Shown here in pieces: positions 19,406 to 29,450 of a stretch of DNA of 64,000 nucleotides. Made by a program: the position numbers and the translations under genes. Below the pieces are notes generated by a model. The model saw only the letters and a list, made by a program, of their open reading frames with translations, had not been told where the DNA came from and did no database searches. Numbering within the stretch: position 1 is the stretch's first letter; each line of letters starts with the position of its first letter. The DNA comes from Nanobdellota archaeon (GTDB lineage: Archaea; Nanobdellota; Nanobdellia; Parvarchaeales; Parvarchaeaceae): contig JAJZBD010000006.1 in NCBI GenBank assembly GCA_021799085.1, positions 13,477 through 77,476 on the forward strand, in the 5' to 3' direction.

Positions 19406-19648
19406 ATGAAAGAAGAAGACATGGAACTAAAAGGAAAGACGAAAAAGCTGAAGAAAAAGACTGTGGAAGAGGCTCCATCTGAAGAAGAAAACATGTCCCA
19501 AATGGAGTTTGAAACAAACACAGAATGCCCTAAATGCGGCCAGAAAAAGATAATATCTTGGACTGAGCAGACAAGAAGCTCGGATGAACCGCCAACTAGG
19601 TTCTATAAGTGCGTAAACTGCGGTTATACTTGGAGAGAGTACAGTTAA
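19406..19648 (+). CDS. tfs: Transcription factor S (TFS), C-terminal Zn ribbon only
   Basis: CPKCG...QTRSSDEPPTRFYKCVNCGYTWREY with the acidic DE hairpin; no N-terminal CxxC pair. Confidence 0.9.
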   Translation: MKEEDMELKGKTKKLKKKTVEEAPSEEENMSQMEFETNTECPKCGQKKIISWTEQTRSSDEPPTRFYKCVNCGYTWREYS

Positions 19649-19655
19649 TAAGTCC

Positions 19656-20648
19656 ATGGAAGATACTGACCTTATAATAATAGGAGCAGGACCGACAGGG
19701 ATGTTTGCCACTTTTTGTGCAGGCCTTAGAGAGATAAACAGCATAACACTTGAAAGCTTAGACAGGCATGGTGGACAGATGTTGGAACTTTACCCTGAAA
19801 AAATAGTGTATGACGTGCAGGCTGTGCCGAAGATGAAGGCAATAGATTTATCAGACAAAATGTACGAGCAGAGCCAGCTTTTCAAAAGAAGGATTGAATT
19901 CAATTCAAAGGTAACAGACATAATACCTGAAAACGACAGGTTCACAATAGAAGTTAACGGCCAGAAAAAATACACCAGCAAAGCAGTCCTTATATGCGGA
20001 GGAGTAGGGGATTTCCATCCGAATAAATTGAACATAGAAGGAGAAGAGCAGTATGAAGGAAAAGGCCTGTACTATGCAGTAAAATCTGTAAATGACTTCA
20101 AGGACAAAATAGTTGCGGTTATCGGCGGTGGAGATTCAGCTTTTGATTATCAGATGCAGCTTTCACCAGTATGCAAGAAGAGCTACATAATACAGCACAA
20201 CAACACTTTTAAAGCCGCTGAGTCAAGCGTGGATGCAGTAAAAAGAGACAACAAAGCGGAGATAATAATGAATACTGACGTAAAAAAGATAAACGGCGAT
20301 GGAAACACTGTGAAAAGCATAGAACTTTTTGATAACACAAATAAAACAAGCAAAACACTCGAGGTTGATGCCGTAGTTGTAGCCATAGGCTACAAAGTTA
20401 ATCCCTCTACCTTCAAATCTCTTCCAATAGAGACAACTAACAGGTACATAAAGGTTGACCACAACTACAAAACCAGCATTAACGGCGTTTATGCTGCAGG
20501 CGATATAGCAAACGTAACTGATGAACCTAAGTTTGCCCTCATAGCAGTTGGCGGTGCGGAAGCATACATAGCAATAAACAACATAAAGAAGTACATCTCT
20601 CCAAACGCATCCCTTTTTGGAGGGCATAGCTCCTCTCTTAATCTATGA
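19656..20648 (+). CDS. TrxR-type ferredoxin--NADP+ reductase (YumC-like)
   Basis: GAGPTG, GGQ...YPEK-x-VYDV, GGGDSA, AAGD, C-terminal GHSS; no CxxC redox motif. Confidence 0.88.
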   Translation: MEDTDLIIIGAGPTGMFATFCAGLREINSITLESLDRHGGQMLELYPEKIVYDVQAVPKMKAIDLSDKMYEQSQLFKRRIEFNSKVTDIIPENDRFTIEVNGQKKYTSKAVLICGGVGDFHPNKLNIEGEEQYEGKGLYYAVKSVNDFKDKIVAVIGGGDSAFDYQMQLSPVCKKSYIIQHNNTFKAAESSVDAVKRDNKAEIIMNTDVKKINGDGNTVKSIELFDNTNKTSKTLEVDAVVVAIGYKVNPSTFKSLPIETTNRYIKVDHNYKTSINGVYAAGDIANVTDEPKFALIAVGGAEAYIAINNIKKYISPNASLFGGHSSSLNL

Positions 20649-21496
20649 TTTACACAACATTGAATGAAAAAATCATAAAAACGGTATATAAAAAGAGGGA
20701 CAACTGGTCGCATAAGGGCAACTTTGGCAAAGTCTTAGTGGTTGGTGGATCTGAGGAGTATACCGGTTCACCGGCAATAGTCGCCCTTTCTGCATTAAGA
20801 GCAGGGGTTGACCTCACAAAGATAATTGCACCAAGAAGAGCAGCAGATACATGTGCAGGATTCTCCCCAGAGATAATAACCGAGGCAGTTAACGCAGCGG
20901 AATTGAATTCAGGTGCTTTCCATAGGATAAAGGAAGAATCGGAAAAATACAATGTAATGGTCTTGGGGAATGGGATAAAAACTGGATATGAGCAAACTAT
21001 CCTTGTAAACAAGATTCTTAAGGAGATAGGCATGAAAATAGTATTAGATGCAGATGCAATAAAGGTGGCTGATACTAATCAACTTACAAAAAATATAGTT
21101 ATAACTCCGAATTCAAACGAATTCAAAATACTTTTCAAGGAAGATCCTTCCAAGGATTTGGAAAAGAGAATAAAGCAAGTTTATGAGAAAGCAAGGCAAT
21201 TCAACACGACTATACTATTGAAGGGCCATGTAGACGTGATATCAAACGGCGAAAACACGTTCATTAACAAGAACAATTCGGTTTATATGACAAAAGGCGG
21301 AACGGGGGACTCACTAGCCGGTATAACAGCCGCAATGATGTGCCAGAATAACAACCCAGTAGAGGCAGCTGCCGCTGCCGCTTTTATAAATGGCTATACG
21401 GGAAGAACGGTTGCAAAAAGAGAAAGGGAATCATTTTCAGTAATGCACTTAATAGACAGTATAGGTGACACAATCAACAAATGGAGATATCAGTGA
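20645..21496 (+). CDS. nnrD: NAD(P)H-hydrate dehydratase (stand-alone YjeF C-domain)
   Basis: SHKGNFGKVLVVGGSEEYTGSP, VLDADA, ITPN-x-x-EF, LLKG, GGTGDSLAG. Confidence 0.93.
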   Translation: MIYTTLNEKIIKTVYKKRDNWSHKGNFGKVLVVGGSEEYTGSPAIVALSALRAGVDLTKIIAPRRAADTCAGFSPEIITEAVNAAELNSGAFHRIKEESEKYNVMVLGNGIKTGYEQTILVNKILKEIGMKIVLDADAIKVADTNQLTKNIVITPNSNEFKILFKEDPSKDLEKRIKQVYEKARQFNTTILLKGHVDVISNGENTFINKNNSVYMTKGGTGDSLAGITAAMMCQNNNPVEAAAAAAFINGYTGRTVAKRERESFSVMHLIDSIGDTINKWRYQ

Positions 21497-22956
21497 TATT
21501 CATACTTTTTCCTAAGTTCCTCAAAATCAGTTGAAGCCGAATCCAAAATAACAGAGTCTAGTTTATCCGCATTTATCCTAAACTGTTTCATTGAATCGCT
21601 TTCCCTTACAGTTATTGTATTGTCTTTTATTGTATCATAATCAACTGTAAAAGCGATTTTTATTCCGACTTCTTCTGCCCTTCTGTATCTTTTTCCTATG
21701 CTTCCATTCTCACTGTACAATATATCATTTCTGTACCTTGAACTGTTGAAAATGGAAGTTGCTTTAACATCCAGATTATCCTTTGATACCAAAGGAAATA
21801 TTGCAGCCTTAAAAGGAGATATAGAACTATTCATGGAAAGCCATGCCCTCTGTTCATCTTTCCTGAATGAAGAGAACAAAAGAAGATAAAACAACCTATC
21901 AGTTCCCATTGATATTTCAAATATCTGCGGTATCTTATCTTCTACTCTCAAACCCTTTGCACCGTATTCTTCATATGCAGAAAGGTCATGTTCTCCGCGG
22001 TTATTACATGCAACCAGCTCTACCCAAAGATCCTGTTTCTTTATTTCAACGTCAAAGGATTCCTTTGAGTAAAATGCTTTGTCCTCATAAAGTTTCCTGT
22101 ATCTTATGTCTTCATTTCTGAACCCCACTCTTAGCAGAAATTCATGAACTTTTGCTATTCCGTATGCAGTTACACTGCTTTTTATTACTCCCTTTGAAAG
22201 TGCATCGCTAATCGCTATTTCACCCAATGCACTGTCATTCTTGTCATATACATTTATCTTGAAGTCTTTATCAAGCTTGAAATCATCCTCTATAAAGAAG
22301 ATTTCTATGTCATTCTGGTAAAACTCCCTCTGCCTCAAAAGATTGTTTCTTGGTGATATCTCATTTCTGAAGGCCTTACCAACTTGTGCTATTGCCATTG
22401 GCAGCTTTTTCCCATAAGCCTCAAAGACCCTTTTAAAATCAAGGAATATTGACTGACAAGCTTCAGGCCTAAGATAAGCTGAAATGTCATCGCCGACCTT
22501 TAAAGGAAACATCGTCCCGAATTTTTTTATACCATCCAGCTCTCCGCCGCACTTGCTGCACTTTATGGAATATTCCTTTAGGTACTTCAAGTATTCCTCC
22601 TCTGTTAAACCCTCAAAGTTCTTGCTGCTGTCTTTTTCCTCCAAAAGCTTGTCAACTCTGTAGACAGTGCCGCACTTGCTGCACTTTATCTCCATGTCGA
22701 AAAAGTTGGCTTCATGCCCAGAGGCCTGCAACACTATCTTTGGAAGAATAACACTGCCTGAAATTTCAAAGCCATTCATTGAATAGAGAGTCTGCCTCCA
22801 CTGCTCCAACAAATTGTTGAGTATTCTTACGCCTATTGGGCCATAGTCCCAAAAGCCGGCTATGTTATCGCTGAACACTTCCGAAGAATGGAAGAATATA
22901 CCCCTAGAAAGTGCTATCCTTAAAAGCTCGTCATCTCTTTCCTCTTTTGTATCCAT
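21490..22956 (-). CDS. glyS: Glycine--tRNA ligase (alpha2 type)
   Basis: GFWDYGPIG, YLRPE-x-x-Q, GKAFRNEISPR, R-x-REF-x-Q, GSIGKRYRR. Confidence 0.95.
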   Translation of the reverse strand: MDTKEERDDELLRIALSRGIFFHSSEVFSDNIAGFWDYGPIGVRILNNLLEQWRQTLYSMNGFEISGSVILPKIVLQASGHEANFFDMEIKCSKCGTVYRVDKLLEEKDSSKNFEGLTEEEYLKYLKEYSIKCSKCGGELDGIKKFGTMFPLKVGDDISAYLRPEACQSIFLDFKRVFEAYGKKLPMAIAQVGKAFRNEISPRNNLLRQREFYQNDIEIFFIEDDFKLDKDFKINVYDKNDSALGEIAISDALSKGVIKSSVTAYGIAKVHEFLLRVGFRNEDIRYRKLYEDKAFYSKESFDVEIKKQDLWVELVACNNRGEHDLSAYEEYGAKGLRVEDKIPQIFEISMGTDRLFYLLLFSSFRKDEQRAWLSMNSSISPFKAAIFPLVSKDNLDVKATSIFNSSRYRNDILYSENGSIGKRYRRAEEVGIKIAFTVDYDTIKDNTITVRESDSMKQFRINADKLDSVILDSASTDFEELRKKYEYH

Positions 22957-22987
22957 CTAATCAGATAAAGTTGGTGGCTTAAATTAA

Positions 22988-24874
22988 TTACTTTCTGCTT
23001 CTTTTCTTGCGGATTACTTTCTTTTTACCACTCGTATTGCTCTGTTTTTTGCGGGTTTTTAAGTACAGCCTATATTCAAAGACTATGCCTGCAAGCACTA
23101 CTCCGATTGCTATTCCTAGAACTATAAGACTTATCTCCTCCAACAAAGGAGTTACAGGTGTTGAAACAGGTATCGGCTGAAGTGAAGGGGTGTATGGTAC
23201 AAGGCTAGCATTTGAAACAAGCATGCCGAGCTGCGTAAAGTCCCTTGCTTCCGTTTCAAAAAGCAAGTACTCAGAAAAATCAGAATTGCTTGCATTTGAT
23301 GGATTGTAGAACTGGTTTCCAAAATAGTAATAGCTTATCCCCAAAAAAGGAGTTACTCCGCTTGCTTCTGCAGAATTTATTGTATTAAGAGTTGCAATTG
23401 CGCTTTGATTGCCTATCTGCGACAGTACTGAAATGTTGATAAGGCTGTTTTCCTCTATAAGCATCTGTGCCACACTTATTGATTCTATAGATGCAAATAT
23501 AGATGAAACGTAATTACCGCTGTAGTATCTTGACTGTGCAGAACTTAGGTAAGACTGCATTTCAGATATCTCTGGTGGAAGGTCTACTCCAAGCAAACTT
23601 GCATAATCATTGTAGGAAGACGCCTTGTAAAGATAGTAATTACTCAATGCCTCATAGTTTGACTGCGAGAAGCTTGAGCTTCCCTTTGGAAGTATTGAAA
23701 CCCAGAAGTATGCAGTTTCTGCTTTTACTGCTGCAAGCGAATAATAATAGATTGCATTTTGCACGTTTCCTGAAGAAAGGCTTTGAATTGAATCATTGAG
23801 ATAATCCTCTGCCTGCATAAGGCGATCAAAAGCTATGAACTTTAGTATTAAAGTAGAGGAATTGGAAATGTAATTCGATGAGATATTGTTCTCTATTCCT
23901 TTTATTGTGGAATTTTCCTGGGATATAAGGTTCTTTACAAATGAATTCTGGCCTGAAGAAGGCAAGGTCTCAAGAAGTTTTGCCTGCAACAGGTCCGAAG
24001 ATGAAGTTATCATGCTGCTGGCTGCAACATAATAGCTGCCGTTCTGTGCTTCAGCTTTCTGTGCCGACATGTCAGAAATCGCTTGGTTTATAAGTAACTG
24101 TATAGAGGAGTTGCTGTCGTTAACGCTAGGCAAGGAAGAATATAAGCCGTTTTGATATGAATCGAACTGCAAGTAAGTCTGCTTCATCAAGGAAAGGTAA
24201 AGATTCGTTTGTATGTTGTAATTAACGGTTGGAGTTACATTATATCCGGTAAAGTACTGGAATGCCTGATATTCCGAGCTTACAGGCATTGGAATTTCCC
24301 CGTGCGCTTCATCATAAGAAAGCGCGGCTGACGAGATAGTGTCAGTAGAAGGATAAAGAAATGTTTTTATGTGCTGGTTTGCAGCAGCCTCTGATTTCTG
24401 TGAAACATCCCCCACTATGCCTACGCTGCCGTCCGGATTGGCAGTACCTGTCATTGCAACGTTTTTATTCAGAGGCTTGCCGGATAGTATTGACATGGCC
24501 GCCATTGTAAATGCTGACCCTGCGCTTGGCCCCCCGACTTCGACCGAAGAGGAAGTAATATAATAATAGAAATTGTAATCATCGCAGTTAACATTAAGCA
24601 GCTGACAAGCAAGCTCCGCGGACAGAACGGCCTGTGCCTGTGTGTCTGTCTGAGTTAAAGGGGTTGACCCCAAAAAAACCTTGCCAGTTCCATTTGTTAT
24701 CGTAAGATTAAGAAGCGCAGGCACTCCAACCAATGTGCCGTTTGATGAATTTGTAACTCCAAATATGTAAAGGCTCGTAGAGCCAACTACATTCTGTATG
24801 CTCTGTGCATGCACAGTGCCTATCATTAAAAGTACGACAAGCAATAACGAGAGGATAAAAAGCCTTGAATCCAT
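22988..24874 (-). CDS. Secreted, membrane-anchored Lon-type (S16) serine protease without ATPase domain
   Basis: Signal peptide; GGPSAG catalytic Ser, MTGT-x-NPDGSVG-x-VG...K dyad; C-terminal TM helix and basic tail. Confidence 0.88.
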   Translation of the reverse strand: MDSRLFILSLLLVVLLMIGTVHAQSIQNVVGSTSLYIFGVTNSSNGTLVGVPALLNLTITNGTGKVFLGSTPLTQTDTQAQAVLSAELACQLLNVNCDDYNFYYYITSSSVEVGGPSAGSAFTMAAMSILSGKPLNKNVAMTGTANPDGSVGIVGDVSQKSEAAANQHIKTFLYPSTDTISSAALSYDEAHGEIPMPVSSEYQAFQYFTGYNVTPTVNYNIQTNLYLSLMKQTYLQFDSYQNGLYSSLPSVNDSNSSIQLLINQAISDMSAQKAEAQNGSYYVAASSMITSSSDLLQAKLLETLPSSGQNSFVKNLISQENSTIKGIENNISSNYISNSSTLILKFIAFDRLMQAEDYLNDSIQSLSSGNVQNAIYYYSLAAVKAETAYFWVSILPKGSSSFSQSNYEALSNYYLYKASSYNDYASLLGVDLPPEISEMQSYLSSAQSRYYSGNYVSSIFASIESISVAQMLIEENSLINISVLSQIGNQSAIATLNTINSAEASGVTPFLGISYYYFGNQFYNPSNASNSDFSEYLLFETEARDFTQLGMLVSNASLVPYTPSLQPIPVSTPVTPLLEEISLIVLGIAIGVVLAGIVFEYRLYLKTRKKQSNTSGKKKVIRKKRSRK

Positions 24875-24939
24875 TTATTTAATAATAACCTAATCATTTA
24901 TAAAGTTTATAGAAATATTTAATAAAAATAATAGGTTAT

Positions 24940-25578
24940 ATGATAAAACTGATAATGAACGCTGATGATTTCGGCTATTCTAAAATATTTAATACCGAGA
25001 TAATAAAGCTTCTAAGAGAAGGAAAATTGAAATCTACAACGGTAATGGTCAAAAGGGTAGACTCAACGCAAAAATACCAGATTGAAGAGCTTAAGATCCT
25101 CGGAAAAGACGGGATAAGCATAGGAATTCATTTTGAAATGGATGAAAACGAAGACATAAGACAACAAGTAGATGAGCAGTATTCATTATTTTTTAATATT
25201 TTCGGTTTCCAGCCTTCGCATTTTGACATACACATGCCGAAATACGGGTTAATGGAGAACGCAGCTTTGGAGATAATAAAGTTTGGAGATGAAAAAGACG
25301 TGCCTGTAAGAAATCTGGGGATAAACAAGACCGGAAAGCACACCAGTGATAAAGCATTCTTCGCAACAAACCACAGCATAGAGGAAATCTATTCTTATAT
25401 TGATGGTATGGAAGAAGGAAAAAGCTATGAAATAATAGTGCATCCTGGCATGTTTGACCCTGAATCTAAATCTTCGCTTAACAAAGACAGGGAGCAGGAC
25501 ATATTGAAAGTGAATCTAATAAACAAGAAGATAAAACAAAGACCTGAGATAAAAATTATAAGTTATCTTGAACTTTAA
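24940..25578 (+). CDS. YdjC/ChbG-family carbohydrate deacetylase
   Basis: LIMNADDFG, IGIH, PSHFDIH, EIIVHPG. Confidence 0.9.
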   Translation: MIKLIMNADDFGYSKIFNTEIIKLLREGKLKSTTVMVKRVDSTQKYQIEELKILGKDGISIGIHFEMDENEDIRQQVDEQYSLFFNIFGFQPSHFDIHMPKYGLMENAALEIIKFGDEKDVPVRNLGINKTGKHTSDKAFFATNHSIEEIYSYIDGMEEGKSYEIIVHPGMFDPESKSSLNKDREQDILKVNLINKKIKQRPEIKIISYLEL

Positions 25579-25845
25579 TTAGGAAAAGCTGCCGGATTCT
25601 AGCTTGCTCTTGAAGTTCTGCAACGCCTCTATAAGCAGAGGTAACTCATCAAAGTTAACTGTCAAACTAGTCTTTATTCTTTCCTCTTCCTTTCCGTCCT
25701 TTTCCATTGTATAACCTTTCTTTATGCTTATGAATGTTATTTCTTTCTCGCCCTCTGTTCCCTTTGTAAGTCCTATCTTTATAAAATTCCTTGAGCCTTC
25801 TCTGGTTATCTTTTCAACTGGCTCTTCTACATCTTTGAATTCCAT
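25579..25845 (-). CDS. Small hypothetical protein, possible PC4/Whirly-like ssDNA-binding fold
   Basis: Strand pattern NFIKIG...FISIKKGY...KTSLTV followed by helix DELPLLIEAL. Confidence 0.6.
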   Translation of the reverse strand: MEFKDVEEPVEKITREGSRNFIKIGLTKGTEGEKEITFISIKKGYTMEKDGKEEERIKTSLTVNFDELPLLIEALQNFKSKLESGSFS

Positions 25846-25908
25846 AGAAAAAATAAGTAAACATAAGATTTAAGCATTTCTGTTACTGCATAAGTAAAGT
25901 TACAGAGA

Positions 25909-26733
25909 TTACTTTTCAAGGAGCTTCTTTGCGGTTTCAATGTCTTCCTTTGTCTTTATACTTAACCAACCGCCGTTGTATATATAACCGAAAAGCAGGC
26001 CATCCTTTGCAAGCAGTGGCAGCAGATCCGTCTTTATGTTCCATTCCAAGTCACCCGGTGGGATGTACTTGAAAACATCCTGATCCAACAGGAAAATAGA
26101 AGTGGGTATTAGCTTTGAATTCACAGGCTCAGGTAGTTTTTCATACGTCAGTATCTTGCTTCCCTTCAATGTAACCCTGTCCTTTGTAGGAAAGGAAACA
26201 TCAGTAGGCATGTATATTGCCATAGAAGCGGGGCTATTGTGCGCCATGTGGAATTTAAGCATGTCCCTTAGGTCAATGTCAAATATAGAATCGCCTGTTA
26301 CAAACAAAGTTGTTGTTCCAACGTACTGCTTTACCCTTTCGAGGGCCTTTGCGCTTCCCTTTAAGTTATTGTCGTCTATGTACTTTATGTCAACACCGTA
26401 GCCTTCGCCGTTTTTCAATATTGAAAATATCTGCTTTAATAGCTCAGTCTTCCCAGATATCATTATGCTCCTAAAGTTGTTTACCCTGAGCTTTGAGATT
26501 ATCCTTTCTATTACAGTTGATTCGCCTATCTTTACCAATGGCCTGTAATAATCTGTTCCATTAACTGTAAATTCCCCACCGCAAAGGATTATTGCAGAAT
26601 TCTGTTTCTCGAAGTACTTTCTTAGTATGTCCTCAACGGCTTCGCTCTTTGACCGGTAGTAAATATTGTCAACTAAAGAATCAAGTTTTGCGACGACATC
26701 TGCGTCAATTGTAAAGGAGGTTCTTGCTTTCAT
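25909..26733 (-). CDS. Ribbon-helix-helix (CopG) regulator fused to a sugar-phosphate nucleotidyltransferase-like domain
   Basis: RTSFTIDADVVAKLD...SKSEAVEDIL; then AIILCGG...RPLVKIG, NGEGYGVDIKY, GD-x-IFDIDL; GxGTR motif lost. Confidence 0.85.
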   Translation of the reverse strand: MKARTSFTIDADVVAKLDSLVDNIYYRSKSEAVEDILRKYFEKQNSAIILCGGEFTVNGTDYYRPLVKIGESTVIERIISKLRVNNFRSIMISGKTELLKQIFSILKNGEGYGVDIKYIDDNNLKGSAKALERVKQYVGTTTLFVTGDSIFDIDLRDMLKFHMAHNSPASMAIYMPTDVSFPTKDRVTLKGSKILTYEKLPEPVNSKLIPTSIFLLDQDVFKYIPPGDLEWNIKTDLLPLLAKDGLLFGYIYNGGWLSIKTKEDIETAKKLLEK

Positions 26734-26859
26734 ATCATTATATAGATCTTCTTAGTTTAATACTTAGCCAAATTCACATATATAAAACTAACGGTTTAAG
26801 AAAAGTTTAAATACTAATAAAGTCATTAGGAAATGTAAATAAAATACTAAGATTCTTAT

Positions 26860-27480
26860 ATGAGCATAGTAAAAACAGGAACAACGACATTAGGATTAGT
26901 GTACAAAGACGGAGTAATCCTTGCAGCAGACAGAAGGGCAACTGCAGATCACATAGTCGCCAACAAGAATGCGGAAAAAGTCATGGCTATAAGTGACAGG
27001 ATAGGTATAACAACTGCTGGAATGGTTGCTGATCTACAAGCAATGGTTAGATTGATGAGATCAGAGCTTACCCTTTATGAGATAAGGTCCGGTTCAAAAT
27101 TGGATACTGACGGAGCGGTTAGCTTATTAAGCGCAATACTCTTCAACAAGAGGCTTTCTTTGAATTTGATTTACGGTGAGTTTATAATAGGTGGATATGA
27201 TAACGAGCCGAAGCTTTTCTCAATAGATGAAGCCGGTGGGCAGGGCAAGGACAAATTCACTGTAACGGGCAGCGGTGGAATATTCGCTTTAGGTGTACTT
27301 GAAGGAGATTACAAAGACAATATGACAGAGGAAGAGGCAATAAAACTGGCGTATAAGGCAATCTCTTCTTCGATAAAAAGAGATGTTTATACCGGAGAAG
27401 GAATAGACATAGCAGTAATAAACAAAAAAGGTTACAAGAAACTTTCAGACGAAGAGATACAGAAAGTAGTAAGCAAGTAA
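26860..27480 (+). CDS. psmB: Proteasome beta subunit
   Basis: KTG-TTTLG autocleavage site, AADRRAT, TGSG, RD-x-x-TG. Confidence 0.97.
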   Translation: MSIVKTGTTTLGLVYKDGVILAADRRATADHIVANKNAEKVMAISDRIGITTAGMVADLQAMVRLMRSELTLYEIRSGSKLDTDGAVSLLSAILFNKRLSLNLIYGEFIIGGYDNEPKLFSIDEAGGQGKDKFTVTGSGGIFALGVLEGDYKDNMTEEEAIKLAYKAISSSIKRDVYTGEGIDIAVINKKGYKKLSDEEIQKVVSK

Positions 27481-27560
27481 TTACAAGTCTTTTTCATTTA
27501 TCTTATGGGATAAACTGATTATTGGAATTTTAGCCTATGGTAGATACTTTATATTAAATT

Positions 27561-29450
27561 ATGGACATAAAAAAGGAAATAACGGAATTCATAGCTGACA
27601 AGTCCCTTATAGAGGACATAAACTTTGAGGTTTCAAACATAGTTATATACACAAAGAACAGAAACTTCTTTCTTGACAATACAGAAATCATAAGAAACCT
27701 TGTAAGTAAGGAGAAGAAAAGAGTAGAGGTAAGGCTTGACCCATCTCTTCTTCTAAATGAAAAAGAAGCAGAAGAAAAGATAAGAAAGATGGATTTTGGC
27801 GAAGCGCATATAACTGATTTTTGGTTTGACGAACCTAGAAGCATTGTAACTATAGAAGCTGAAAGACCGGAAATTTTATCGGGGGACAGAAAAGCAGGCA
27901 TAAACAAGATAAAGGAAGAAACCGGCTGGTCTGTTATACTTGCACGTTCTCCACTTATAAAGTCTGATATAGTAAAGGCCATAAGGGAGATGCTTTACGA
28001 CAACTCGAAATTCAGGAGAAAAATGCTTAATGAAATTGGCGAAAGCATATACAACTCCAAATTTGAGGTTGATGACAAGTACTGGGTGAGGATAAGCGCT
28101 CTGGGTGCATTCAGGCATGTTGGAAGATCTGCTGTATTGGTTCAAACGCCAATAAGTTCTGTGCTTTTGGATGTTGGTGTTGATGTAAGCAATCCAAAGG
28201 AACCTGTTCCTAGGGTAGACGCTCCGGAGTTTGACATTTCTAAGTTAGCTGCAGTGGTGATAACACATAGTCATCTAGATCACTGCGGTTTCCTTCCTGC
28301 GCTTTACAAATACGGTTACAAAGGCCCTGTGTACTCGACTGCCCCAACAAGGGATGTTATGACTTTGCTTCACTTAGATTACATAAACCTTGCAAGCAGG
28401 ACAAACTCCAAATTGTTGTTTGACGTTGATGATGTAAAAGAAATGCTTAAGCACTCAATAACACTGCCCTTCCATGAAGTCACTGACATTACACCTGATA
28501 TAAGAATAACTCTGCACAATGCCGGACACATTTTAGGGTCAGCAATGATTCATTTAAACATAGGAAATGGCTTCTACAACGTACTTTACACTGGAGATTT
28601 CAAATATGACAATTCAAAGACACTAAACAGGGCAGAAACGCAGTTTGAAAGGGTTGAAACGCTGATAATGGAAAGCACTTACGGAGGAGATTCGGACACA
28701 CAGCCATCTAGAACAGAAACGGAACAGTTCTTCCTTGACATAATAAGCAAAACGATAGCAAACAACGGCAAAGTGCTTGTGCCCGTACTTGGTGTAGGAA
28801 GGGCCCAGGAGTTGATGCTTCTTATAGAGGAATGGCAGCGCTACGGTCTTTTGCCTGAAGCGCCGGTAATAGTGGATGGAATGCTTTGGGATGTAACTGC
28901 AATCTACACAGTTTACCCAGAGTTCATGAACAGCGAAACAAGAAACAGGATAATAGCGCACAACAACAACCCTTTTCTTTCCCCAATATTCAAGCACACT
29001 GTAAGTGAGGAAGAAAGACAGCAGGTTCTTGCAGGAGGGCCCGCAATTATACTTGCAACCTCTGGAATGTTAAACGGCGGACCAGCGGTTAGCTACTTTG
29101 CAAACTTGTGTGAAGATCCGAAGAATGCTATTGTTCTTGTTTCTTACCAAGGTGTCGGGACACTTGGAAGAACAATACAGAACGGAGGGAGAGAGGTTGA
29201 CATAGAGCTTAATGGAAAGCTCAGGCATTTCTCGGTAAGCGCATTAGTCTACTCAATAGAGGGATTCTCCGGCCACTCCGATAGGAAGCAACTGGAAAGA
29301 TTTGTAAATGACATAAGGCCAAGGCCTAGAAAAATAATAATAGGGCATGGAGAAGAAGGGAAGATACTAGAGCTTTCCAGTTATATAAGGAAAAGATTCA
29401 GGGTAGAGACACACGCTCCGCACGTATTAGATGCTTTGCGTCTAAAATAA
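27561..29450 (+). CDS. fttA: aCPSF1/FttA beta-CASP ribonuclease with KH domains
   Basis: KH region, VGRS, THSHLDH, AGHILGS, YTGD, MESTYG, TSGML, GFSGH, HGE; follows psmB as in other archaea. Confidence 0.95.
   Translation: MDIKKEITEFIADKSLIEDINFEVSNIVIYTKNRNFFLDNTEIIRNLVSKEKKRVEVRLDPSLLLNEKEAEEKIRKMDFGEAHITDFWFDEPRSIVTIEAERPEILSGDRKAGINKIKEETGWSVILARSPLIKSDIVKAIREMLYDNSKFRRKMLNEIGESIYNSKFEVDDKYWVRISALGAFRHVGRSAVLVQTPISSVLLDVGVDVSNPKEPVPRVDAPEFDISKLAAVVITHSHLDHCGFLPALYKYGYKGPVYSTAPTRDVMTLLHLDYINLASRTNSKLLFDVDDVKEMLKHSITLPFHEVTDITPDIRITLHNAGHILGSAMIHLNIGNGFYNVLYTGDFKYDNSKTLNRAETQFERVETLIMESTYGGDSDTQPSRTETEQFFLDIISKTIANNGKVLVPVLGVGRAQELMLLIEEWQRYGLLPEAPVIVDGMLWDVTAIYTVYPEFMNSETRNRIIAHNNNPFLSPIFKHTVSEEERQQVLAGGPAIILATSGMLNGGPAVSYFANLCEDPKNAIVLVSYQGVGTLGRTIQNGGREVDIELNGKLRHFSVSALVYSIEGFSGHSDRKQLERFVNDIRPRPRKIIIGHGEEGKILELSSYIRKRFRVETHAPHVLDALRLK

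Noticed and set aside
19656-20648. Thioredoxin reductase call
   Set aside because: No CxxC in the NADPH domain; the motifs fit the TrxR-like ferredoxin-NADP+ reductase.
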